A stretch of DNA of 64,000 bases from assembly GCA_037447605.1 (NCBI GenBank), contig CM074809.1, positions 2,408,689 to 2,472,688 on the forward strand. Direction: 5' to 3'. Below the pieces are notes generated by a model. That model saw only the letters and a program-made list of their open reading frames with translations. It had not been told where the DNA came from and did no database searches. Origin of the DNA: Zygnema circumcarinatum SAG 698-1b (lineage: Eukaryota > Plantae > Zygnematophyceae). Below are positions 1-9,942 of this stretch, piece by piece; the stretch's first letter is position 1; every line of letters begins with the position of its first letter. The translations under genes were made by a program, and so were the position numbers.

Positions 1-297
1 CCCGCGGAATTGAAAGATTCCACCGGCGGAAAGGTATTGATTTCGATTGCAGAATTCGGATCGGAAACCGCGGCTCCCTCCGAACCTGTCTGTCCCGTCC
101 GTACTTCGAAATAGGTTACAAAAATGAGATACAGGCTCGGCGCCCGAGCCTGTCGAACGTCCACTTTTGGCGGAAAAGGCCTGCCGTACAACGCGGAATT
201 GGCCCGACGGGCTCGCGGAATTGGTTTGGCGCTGGTCAAGGTCTGACTCCCCCTAATAGGGGTATAGGGTGGAAAAGATTGGGGGGGGGGGGTACTG
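1..297. mobile_element. Right end of a Tc1/mariner-like MITE (left end outside the window)
   Basis: It ends in GGGTGGAAAAGATT-polyG-TACTG|TA at 268-299, matching the right end of the element at 8579-9027 (GGTGGAAAATATTACGGGGGGCTACTG|TA). Subterminal CGCGGAATT occurs 3 times, and there is a 10-bp hairpin at 131-153. Confidence 0.55.
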
Positions 298-399
298 TAC
301 CGAAAGTTTCCTCCTCAGTACTTAGTACCGGCGATTTTCTTCAAGTACCGGTAGGAACATTTGAAGGGCTTCAAGGCTTGAGCAGAGGCATTCACGGGG

Positions 400-500
400 A
401 GATGTAGCACTGCTCTCACGATGGCGATGAGGCCATCAAATGTGCATGGACAAAATCTGCATGGGGAACCACGAGGAACTGGTCACAAAGGACCTCATTC
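400..500. repeat. Dispersed ~90-bp repeat, copy 1 (copy 2 at ~9230-9325)
   Basis: cacgatggcgatgaggccatcaaatgtgcatggacaaaatctgcatggggaaccacgaggaactggtcacaaagga aligns with cacgatggcgatgatgccatcaaaatgtacatggacaaaatcagcatcatggggaaccatgaggaactggccgcaaagga at 9243-9322. Confidence 0.8.
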
Positions 501-587
501 TCGGTTTGCCATGCTCGCTACTTTTCGACGTGGCACGCTGTGATTGGTCCGGTCTAGGCACAGGGGTGCAGGCGTATCGAATGCCAA

Positions 588-1062
588 TTGTTGCCAACCA
601 TTCCAATGCGGCATTGGCAATGGGGTCCGGCGCCAATGGTTCAATTCCAAACCAAAACGATCTCACTTCTCGTATTCAATGGCAGCGACTGCCGTATCCA
701 TTTTGTCACATATAATGATTCTGCAATGGTTGCCAACCATTGGATCGTACAACCATTGCCATCCAATGGTCTGGCCTGTGCAAGTCAAGGTCTCTCGCAG
801 GTACCGTACGGAGATAGGGTGTGTTCCGTACTGTACCACCTCCTCTAAAAGGAGGTGCCACAGTACCACAAGTCCGACACATTGGAGCGGCAACCGTTGG
901 ACAACCATTGAATGGCAATGGTTGGACGTCGAATGGTTGGCAACCAGTTGAATGGTTGCCAACCATTGGCATCCACTGATTCCGAACCATTCGAGTGGTT
1001 GTTTCGATCCGGCGACAATGGTTGGCAACCAGTCGAATGGTTGGTCCAATGGTCCGACCAGT
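588..1062. repeat. Array of palindromic TGGTTG(C/G)CAACCA units
   Basis: About 9 full or partial copies, e.g. 727-742, 933-947, 951-968 and 1017-1032. The core is a self-complementary 13-mer found in both orientations. Confidence 0.85.
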
Positions 1063-1444
1063 TCAGGGCACGGAGCGCGGTTCGGTCACCATTCCATGCG
1101 CCAGACGCACGGCGCAACTGCCGCAGTCCGCCCACACGCGGCTCCGTCCGCCGCATGGAGCGCGCCCGCCCGCCCGCCCGCACGCGCAGGGATGCTGGGG
1201 AAATGCCGGGCTGCCGTACGAAGTCGTACATTGCCGTACCGCAGGGCATGGTATGGCCCGCCGGCGGGCGGGCGACAGGGCGGCGCCGAGAGGGCGGGCG
1301 GGTCCTGAACGTTTCGTCGACGCGTCCCGACTCCGCCGGGGAATAAAGGCGAGGAGTGCCGTCCAGCCATGCACGGGCATGCAAACGCGCTCTTCTGCCC
1401 TGCTCACTTCTTGGACATCCATCCTCCCCTGCAAAGCTACCACT

Positions 1445-1948
1445 ATGGCTAGGAAGGCGGCCGCGTCCTGTGTATCTCTCGTGCTAGTCCTAACAGCACT
1501 GCAGATTTTCGATGCGTCAGCAGGCAGACTGCCCGCGCAATGGGAGCAGTCAGCGAGGCGCCTGTCGGGGACAACTCAGTCGGCGCAGCCATGCAGCACC
1601 TGCGCGGCTCCTCAGAATGTGCAGAATGTGCAGCCGGTGTTTGTTCAAGCAGCGCCTTTTCAAACGTCGTCGCCGTGCACCAGCTGCGCAGCCCCAGAAA
1701 CCGTGCAGAGCGTGCAGCCCGTGTATGTGCAGGCGGTGCCGGCAGTTGAAGTTCAGCCCGTGTACGAGTCTCCCGCCCCCGAAGTCGCCCAGCAGGCTGT
1801 GGTGCAGTCCTGCCCCACGTGTAACCAGGCCTGCACGACGTGTGGCGGCATCGGTGTGGCGGCAGCCTCAGCGTCGAGCTCCGCGTCAGCGAGCGCAACA
1901 GTAGGACAAGCCCCCGTTGTTAAGCGCAGTGAAAAGAAGTATCCCTAG
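1445..1948 (+). CDS. Intronless secreted Cys(CxxC)/Gln/Val/Pro/Ala-rich protein, paralog 1 (167 aa)
   Basis: MARKAAASCVSLVLVLTALQIFDASA is a signal-peptide-like N-terminus. It has an EQSARRL motif, two CxxCAAPxxVQxVQPVxVQA modules, and a CPTCNQACTTCGG + ASASSSASASA tail. Strong similarity to 3218-3670. Confidence 0.85.
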   Translation: MARKAAASCVSLVLVLTALQIFDASAGRLPAQWEQSARRLSGTTQSAQPCSTCAAPQNVQNVQPVFVQAAPFQTSSPCTSCAAPETVQSVQPVYVQAVPAVEVQPVYESPAPEVAQQAVVQSCPTCNQACTTCGGIGVAAASASSSASASATVGQAPVVKRSEKKYP

Positions 1949-2501
1949 ATGCAGCGCAGTTGAACTGGTTGAGAAAAAGAAAATAGCAGTTGATCACATG
2001 TGATAGCCCTGATGCTATGGCAAAAGCTCCACTTTTTGGATCAGATTGATCTCAGCGTACACCACAAAAGTTAGGGGTGCGAAAGCTCCAACATAATTGA
2101 AACTGCGTTTACGTAGTTTGTACGTTTGTACGTTTGTAAAGTTTCGTAAGTTTCATTTTTCAACGGATTGCAATGACAGCAACTTTCAGCTCCGATGTGG
2201 TGAATTGTTATTTCTGGTTTCTGAGGCCGCTGTTCCACTCAAAATAAATTGATTCACTAACGACCAAATGGCTCGCAAGCAAGAAGCTCTGAGCTAACAT
2301 TTGGGAGCATCCTATCGCAAAAAAAATCAATATCAAGGATGCGAAATGGTGCGCTAGGACGCTCGTAATTGTTTCGAACCAGTTTTCCAATCGCTCAAAC
2401 CTATTCATGTATCAGGGTTAGACACTTGAACGACAAAGATACTCTCACATGCCATCGAATCCATTGGTTAACCATTGAGGCACCAGCTCCTGCTTTTCCG
2501 T

Positions 2502-3039
2502 CTAAGGGGCTCCAGTCGTGGATACCACAGCTTCCAACTCCGTAAGCAGCTCCTCGTCCAGATCTAACGATCCATTTAGTCTAGAAGCTTGACCCGTCCC
2601 GCCATCTTTGGCACAAACAGCACTCTTGACTGAGGTTGCTAGTTCAGCCTGTCTCGATGCGGTTGCTAGGTGAAAACGGCCGATACAAGTATCCATGACA
2701 AACAGCTGTCCAAAGGGAACAGATAACAGCACACAGCACTTGCAGTCACGGGGTCATTTCATACATGGATGCACTCTTCCGTTCTTCCGCTCGGAATCGC
2801 GCAGTGAAGAAACCTCTTTGTTGTAGAGTGTCAGGATTTCTGAGATGACAAAATGTAAAGAGTCTCTAAAACGGAGAGTGCTCATGTGACACTTCCCGCT
2901 TAAAAGGGGTCGAGCTCTCGCACGCAAAAGTGGAAGGGCCTTCACTCTTCCCTGTTACCGTCGCAGCGTGCGTTGTTCCGTTCCGGATTTGCTGCGTGGC
3001 CCAACTGACACCTCGCAAAGCGGCGAGCAGGTCAGCCAT
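2502..3039 (-). CDS. Possible small 3-exon gene (85 aa; 118 aa from the upstream in-frame ATG at 3138), unknown function
   Basis: Exons 3039-3012, 2839-2814 and 2705-2502 join in frame at GT-AG sites, giving MADLLAALREILTLYNKELFVMDTCIGRFHLA...LDLDEELLTELEAVVSTTGAP*. No family recognised. Confidence 0.4.
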
Positions 3040-3217
3040 GGCGACCAGAGCAGTGTGCGGCCCTCGCTCTGGACCCCTCGTCGACGAGTCGCAGCCGCCG
3101 GCAGAAAGGACCTTACGGGCCTGGTCATGCAGCCGCATGCAAAGACAAGGAACCTAGGGCCTTTCGCCTTATCCGCTTCCTTTCCGGCCGTTTCATTCTC
3201 GTCATTCCGCTTTTTCC

Positions 3218-3670
3218 ATGGGTGTTCGTGCTGCCTTCTCCTTTGTTTTCATTGCGCTGCTCCTGTTGACATTGCTGCCTCCCGCATCCTTTGGAAGGAG
3301 GAGCCTGCCAGGCCCCTTGGAGCAGTCCGCAAGGCGCCTCTGGGGGAAATCCAAAAAAAGCCAGCACCAGCAATGCACAAACTGCGCAGCCCCGCAGACC
3401 GTGCAGAGCGTGCAGCCTGTCTATGTGCAGGCGGCGCCTGCTTCCACCACGCCTGTTCAAGTGGTGCAGGAGGTGCCGGCAGTTGAAGTGCAGCCTGTGG
3501 TGTACGCTTCTCCCTCTCCCCAAGCCGCCCAGCAGGCCGTGCAGGCGGTGCAGGGATGCCCCACGTGTCCTCAGACCTGCTTGACTTGTGGCGGTGGCGG
3601 TGGCGTCGCAGCTGCGGCGTCGGCGTCAAGCTCGGCGTCTGCGAGTGCCCGGTCGGGGAAGCACCCGTAG
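3218..3670 (+). CDS. Intronless secreted CxxC/QV-rich protein, paralog 2 (150 aa)
   Basis: Hydrophobic signal peptide MGVRAAFSFVFIALLLLTLLPPASFG, EQSARRL, one CTNCAAPQTVQSVQPVYVQA module, and a CPTCPQTCLTCGG + ASASSSASASA tail. Confidence 0.85.
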   Translation: MGVRAAFSFVFIALLLLTLLPPASFGRRSLPGPLEQSARRLWGKSKKSQHQQCTNCAAPQTVQSVQPVYVQAAPASTTPVQVVQEVPAVEVQPVVYASPSPQAAQQAVQAVQGCPTCPQTCLTCGGGGGVAAAASASSSASASARSGKHP

Positions 3671-5193
3671 GCCCTCGCTCTTGCTCACGGTTACGGCGGA
3701 GGGCGTACACGCACTGCGAAAGGGTGCATGTGTCGAGTGGATTGATGGGGTTTTCCGGCGGAAAATACCTCTTGTGAATAGACGGCGCTATAGAAACTAT
3801 ATTGGTGTGTGTGGTGGAACATTCAGTCTTCTTGCAAAAGAGCTGCTTGATGTAGGGTTTGGGTGTATGCCGAAGTTGTTTAAATGGAATGAGTGCGATG
3901 AAACACCGATGTCCACCCGAGTAGAAATGTAGCAAGGCTTACGAGAATGTTGCAGAGGCTAAGACGGTCCCTCTTCGGATGCCCCATTGCAACTCTTGTG
4001 TGGCAACTGATATGAAAGTTTATCTGTGTGACATGGAAGTATATCTGTGTGACCAGCCTCTTACAGGTAGGAAACTTGTTCGGTTTGTGTCGTTGAACGA
4101 CTGCTTTGCCCTAAATGCATAAGAAAGTACATAGTCGCCTAGTATGCAGTCCGAGAGATGGATATGTTTTGTCTATTTGCATACTCGTGGCGTTGTTGTG
4201 TCCGAAAATATCCCAAGCAGCGCCGACTCACTGCGATTGCAGCCTTAGATGGCGAAACTAGTGAGAGGCAAAAAAAGAGCAAGAAATGGAAAGAACGGTT
4301 GCAGGCGACGAAAGGCCCTACGTGGTAGGGCCCAGACTTTCTCGCTTCAAACTTGCTGCTTCAGTCTTCTTTTTACATTTGGTCAGACCGGACTCATCAA
4401 TGCTTTGCAGCGTACACATGTTCATTCGTGCATTGACAATTCAGTGAACTCCGTTTCGATAGTCATGCCAGTCAAAAGGATACCACCTGGCAACACCTGA
4501 GACGGCAGCCGTTCCATGCGACGCTCACTAATACAAACCCACTCCATAACGGAACACTTCCTCGACACTTGAAATAAATCGAGGACATGGATATCATGTC
4601 ACAGGAGCTTCATCATCGAATGGAGCTTTGCCTACTCGACCTATCTCAGCCCCTTCACTCGCGCTGCTAATTTTCTACCAAAAACTGCTGCCGAGAGTAT
4701 AGACATGGAGCATGACCTCAGACGTTTCACCGTGGACTAAAAAAACTATCTGCGGACCGCTGGATCGTGACTCCCTACTCGCAATGTTTCTTGTCCCTAA
4801 GACCAGACAAGCTGCCACTAAGAAACAAAGGCTGGACGAAACGCTCCCTTGATTTAAGCCAATGGTTGAAGTGTAGCTCTAAGACAGTAACTTAAATCAC
4901 CTAAAATTTCCTCCCATAAATGTGCCCCCAGAATGGAAACTTCAGGAACAAATAAAAATTCACAAAAAGAATCGAGAGTTGCAGGGAGGGACCTTGTTTG
5001 AGGGCAAAAATTTTGTGGACAGAACGGGAATGTCTCCTCATGCCTGTCTCAGAACAGCTCAAGAAAGGGGTCAGAAAGAAAGATAGAAAGGTTGTCGCTT
5101 CATTGCAGTACGCCAACGTCCTCCCATCGTTGAAGCTACGAGCCCTTTCTCAGCAATTTATTTCAGCTTCAGTTCAGCTTTCGAACTCCGACC

Positions 5194-6729
5194 TCACTGG
5201 TTCTGGCGTCCTTTTATGCTCCTTTTGGGCTTCGTGCAAACAAGAACTTTTCCATCAGCCTTCTTTACTTCGTATGTTGGCTGTGCCTGCAGCACATAGC
5301 ACAGCAGAACTTCAGGAGCCTTAAGCACTGAATGATTCAACTGATTGAACGCTACAAAGAGGCATGACAATGAACATACTGAATAACACCTACCCTGCCA
5401 TTCTACAGCAAGTGCAAAGACGTCCTCATAAACATGTCGAATAGCATCTATATCGCAAAGTACCTAGAAGTGAACAACGATTATTACATTGCGCAGACAG
5501 CTCTGAGTCTATGCAGTGAGGGAAAAAAGCTCCTGGAGCTCCGACGAACAGGATCCGGAAAGAGGAGAATCATTTGTACACGAAAGGAAACAAAACCACT
5601 TAATCACAGTCGTACAATTGCATATGAATAAGTCTTCTACCCCAGGGCAAATATTCATCAGACTGATCCTTCCACAGCAACTGAGCACTAAGGACAAGTA
5701 GGACTAACTTACAATGTCCTCCATGTCCCCTATGTGGCCAATTTGACCAGTTCTGACATCCACACACCAGCGGTGCCATGGACAGTGCACTATACTCCCC
5801 ACTTGAGCACCTGGAGTCACCCAACAACAAGCCTGTCAATTTCCAAACTACGTGTCAAAAATACATCAAACTGTACACAGGTATACAGAGTCGTCCAATC
5901 GACCTGCATGATTTACTCGCCATAATCATACGATTACTGCAAGGAACATCACCGTTCTCAAAAGGCACGTCATTGCAATGGATGAGGACGTACAACGCCA
6001 CCATACACACACCTTTTTCTAGTGGGCCTCCCATGTGTGGACATCTCTGTAGGCAAAACTAAACATCAGCGTGTTAGCAGGCACTGGAAGATTTCAACCT
6101 GCCGGACACTCTAACATTATCAATTCAGCAGGTCATTAAGTGGTTGTAAAGCATAAAACATTTATGATCGAAGCGCTTGCATCAATTCACGGCACTACAC
6201 AAAAAGCTGAAGGACAAATATATAGACAGCAACTACTCAACCAAAGTAGAAGCACATGAAGGGTTTTCAATGTACTTCGTTTCCACCTGAAACTCAACGA
6301 CCCATAGCACGTATACACATACACATAGCACTAATGGATACTTGGTCGTTGTGACTTACGCTGTCCATAGCGTACAATTCGCCTTCCACGTTAAAGAGAC
6401 CAACCGGTCTCTGCTTCATCTCTGTCCCTGCAAATCCATGAAATGACAGCTCAATGACATTCAGAAGAACGAAAAGGGAAAGTTCAAACTTCCACGCTCA
6501 GCGAAAGGTCACCACTTCGCGATCAAGAAGCATGAGAAGCACCGCAACGCCCGAGATACTTGTAAGCTCCATGCAAACGACTGCCAATGCCGTACCAAAC
6601 ACACCTGAAATACTGGGCAACTGGATCACTGTGGCGGCCTCGCCTTCCTTTGGAATGCGAGTGCTCTCCACCTCCACCCACTCCTCTTTGTAGTCCTCCA
6701 ACATGCTGTCGTGTTCAAGGCCCAGAGAT
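5194..6729 (-). CDS. Rieske [2Fe-2S] domain protein (ferredoxin-type); 3' exons
   Basis: Spliced exons read ...EWVEVESTRIPKEGEAATVIQLPSIS|GTEMKQRPVGLFNVEGELYAMDS|RCPHMGGPLEK|GAQVGSIVHCPWHRWCVDVRTGQIGHIGDMEDI|AQPTYEVKKADGKVLVCTKPKRSIKGRQNQ*. CxH and CxxH ligand motifs are both present. Confidence 0.8.
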
Positions 6730-7265
6730 CTGTCCAGTCCAAAGCCCCAAAATCCACAGATGGGAGTTTTCTCCTTTATACACGAGAAAAATGTCTCATT
6801 TTGAATCACTTCTCTCAATATTCAGAAAGACACTCCTCCGTATCACCTTTTGGCATACCCGCCATGCGGAATCTGTCACTGAACCTCTACTTTATCATTC
6901 TACGGATAAGTTACAGTCGGTTCAGCCTGTGTCAGTCTGGATGGTCAGTGGTCCCTGTGCGTCACGAAGGCACTGCCAGTCAAGAGTGGAATAGTAGGTA
7001 GTTCATTGGAAGCATCTACCAGTGTCGCCTGTATCTTAGCCTATCTGTCAGCCATTTCAATGAAATTTAGAGCCATATACATACTTCGTGATGGGAAAGT
7101 AAAAAGGACAATCTGTTCTTTTGATAGACAGCAACGTCCTTCGTGAAGTCAAACGGGCTAATTCGCTGAGGTTCGTACTTCATCCCACGCATATCCTTGG
7201 ACAAACTTATAAACTGTGCATTGCCTTTCAAATTTATGAAGTTCTAACTCCAGGACGACTCAACT

Positions 7266-8036
7266 TCAACTGAAAGGCGAGATGATAGGCACCACCCCCG
7301 GTGATCTAGACGAAGTCAGGGCAAGGCATAAGGAGGTTAGCAGCAGAGTAGACCTACAGGGCGTGATAGCCAGAATGGCACAGTCGTCAGAACGGCCCAA
7401 TAGCGCAAATCTGGGACTGAATATCTGTGATTTAAAATAATTGAAGGACATGACCAGCGACAAAAACGCAAAAATCCACCCTAGCGACCATCGAGCATCA
7501 ATGCAAACCAATGAAGATATGCAGATTTCCTTGACTATGAAGATCACAACTGCCCACCTCGCCTGCATGTCGTGGAACTCCTTTGTTCGCGTCATGTTGT
7601 ACTGCCTAGCAGTTACATTCCCACGGTAGCTGTTCATGAACTTCCTGCAGGCCATGGCTGCTAAAACAACCTACGCCTTTCCGTCGAAATCCCCAACCAA
7701 AAAATACAACCTGTAGCGCTCCCCTAGCCCCTCTACTTCACACGCGCGAATCCTCCTTCCTGTCTCTCGGAGCCAGGCCCCCCACAGCCCTCCTGCAAGC
7801 CGCAGACCGCCGTGCTCCACGGCAGCGGCAGCGCCAGTCGCCGGACATGGCCGGCCGGCCGGCCGCCCCTCCCCTCCCCTCCCTACACTTCTCCTCCCCT
7901 CCCCTCTTCTCCCTTCTCCTCTCCTCTTCTCTACTCTCCTCTCCTGTCCTGTCCTCTCTTCTCCTCTCTCCTCACCTGTCCTCTTCTCCGCCCCCTTAGC
8001 CGCCCTCGGCTTCCGCCAGCCTCGCAGCAGCGCCAT
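7266..8036 (-). other. Probable 5' exons/UTR of the Rieske gene (structure unresolved)
   Basis: ATG at 8036 (MALLRGWRKPRAAKGAEKRT|GT), a GA-rich intron, and further AG/GT-bounded segments (MACRKFMNSYRG...). I could not join them in frame to 6729 unambiguously. Confidence 0.3.
7860..7985. repeat. CT-rich (CCCCT/CTCTC/CTCTT) low-complexity tract
   Basis: Visible directly in the sequence. Confidence 0.9.
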
Positions 8037-8578
8037 CCCTTGCGCCCGTGAAGAAGGGATACCCCCGCGTCCAGACGCGTCCGCCGCCGTCCCCAGCGCG
8101 TCTCCTACGGGCCACCCGGCTCGGCCGCGCTGGCGGCGGTGCTCCCGATTTGTCTTCCGCGCTCGCACGCGCGGCGCGTGTCAGGCGGAGCAGCGATTGG
8201 CGGAGGGGATCGGGCGTGTGCGCGGCGCGTGCCGGAAGCGCGGCGGGATCGTGCCGGCCACGGGCGATAACTGACGTGGCGGGTCCTCATTCGGCAGCCC
8301 ACAGCCTTTTTGACGGCCGGGGCTGACGGCCGGCAACTTTGGCGATACGAAACCGTCAAGCGAGGAAATAAGATCTGGAGGTCAGGCATTAACAACGCCG
8401 GAGACGTGTCATGACGATGAGCCGCCACGTTGACGCCACAAGATACGCCGGACACGCTCCAGCCAATAACGGCCGTCCCCGCTGCGGGGCCGTACGGGCC
8501 GGCAGATATTTCAGTGGGCCCGGATAAGACAGCTCAGACTTCGTACAGTTCGTACGATACAGCTGGTTCAGACTAGTA

Positions 8579-9027
8579 CAGTACCCCCCCCCCCCCCCNN
8601 NNNNNNNNCCCCCCCCCCCCCCCGCAATATTTTCACCATGGTTTCGGCAAATATTTGGGCGAAAATCTTGGAATTTGCAAATATAAGGTCCGTGTTACCA
8701 ATAGACGGCCGGTATTCTGTTAGAGTTCATGTATGTTCGTACGTATCGTATCGTATCATGTCGTACCGTGCATTTAGATACACGAGTTCCTATTGGTGCG
8801 TACTTATACCGTACGATTTAGAGATTCTATTCGTATTTACCGTACAGCGTAATAGCGTGACCCATGTTTCGATTAACAGATTTTGTATTGAAAAATAGGT
8901 CAGGTTAGGTTAACACCCCTAATACATTAACATAGACTTACCGTACAATAAGGTGGTTTCGGCAAAATCGGGGCGAATTTCTTGGGGACGCACTGTACAG
9001 GGTGGAAAATATTACGGGGGGCTACTG
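8579..9027. mobile_element. Tc1/mariner-like MITE with TA TSD
   Basis: TA|CAGTA-polyC...GCAATATTTTCACC at the left and GGTGGAAAATATTAC-polyG-CTACTG|TA at the right. CAGT termini with a TA duplication are typical of Tc1/mariner. An N gap lies inside, so the two ends may come from different copies. Confidence 0.6.
8599..8608. other. Assembly gap (10 N) within poly-C
   Basis: Ns in the sequence. Confidence 1.
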
Positions 9028-9942
9028 TACGCTCAGTACAATAGTACGGTAGGGTTAAGGGCAATGCCGCGGAGGTTTGTCCTAACGATTGGCACATTTT
9101 GGGGCCCAGATTTTCATTTGCAAGGGGCCGGCCAGTTTTGACAGAAGGGGCGACTCGACCGTCCTTCAATTTTGAAGCACGCGTGAGGCAAGTATGGCCT
9201 TCGTCGCCAAGCGCAACACACAAGAGGGTGTGGCGCTGATCACACGATGGCGATGATGCCATCAAAATGTACATGGACAAAATCAGCATCATGGGGAACC
9301 ATGAGGAACTGGCCGCAAAGGAACTAAGGACAAAAGAGAAAAGCTAAGAGCTATGAGCTAACACACAGCTCCGACTCTTTTTTGACGCAGTTGAGTTGAG
9401 GTCAGGGTCAGGGTTGAGTCAGCCCAACCTTTAAAAGGCCAACTTTCATTGCACAAAAAATGGCGCTCTGGGCAATGTTTAAACTGACTCATATTCAAAA
9501 CTGTGAATAGCGCTATGAGAGGATTCAAACCTATACACATAAATGGACATTGAACCAAGGCTGAAGGCAAGGGGTGGAAGCATCGACTCGAACTAGGGAC
9601 GGCGGAAATTGGGAGGTGGTTATGGGATAGAGTAGGGATGTATATGAGAGGGGCGGCGGGAATGGGAAGTGATGAAAGTTCGCTTGAGCCATGGCCGAAG
9701 GCCTGTGTTGAGGCGAGCTCACTTGTGCCAATATTCGGTCCATAGTTCAGTCTTTAAATTGCCTTTTTTACTGCGCTTTTGACTCTGCCTTTTTTGCTCT
9801 GCATCAACACGTTTTACAGTAGTGTCAACAAACCAGCTCAAGTACAATTCACTTCATACAAATAGACCGCAGCACCACAGCCACCTCCCTCCCTCTCCCA
9901 CTCTCCTCTCTCTCTCTCTCTCCCTCTCTCTCTCTACTTCGC

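Noticed and set aside
131-153. Helitron 3' hairpin
   Set aside because: The 10-bp stem is real, but no CTRR terminus follows, and it lies within a TIR-type element.
588-1062. CRISPR-like array
   Set aside because: The repeats are short, degenerate and irregularly spaced, the context is eukaryotic, and there are no cas genes.
995-1444. N-terminal 150 aa of the 317-aa ORF 995-1948
   Set aside because: It is a GC-rich promoter/repeat read-through. The signal peptide and the paralog alignment start at Met 1445.
7671-8455. Several Arg/Gly/Pro-rich ORFs
   Set aside because: They are translations of GC-rich and CT/GA microsatellite sequence with no coherent domain.
9395-9420. Telomere-like tracts (GTCAGGGTCAGGGTT; also GGGGTTTGGGGTTTG at ~22725)
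   Set aside because: Only 2-3 degenerate units, which is expected by chance.
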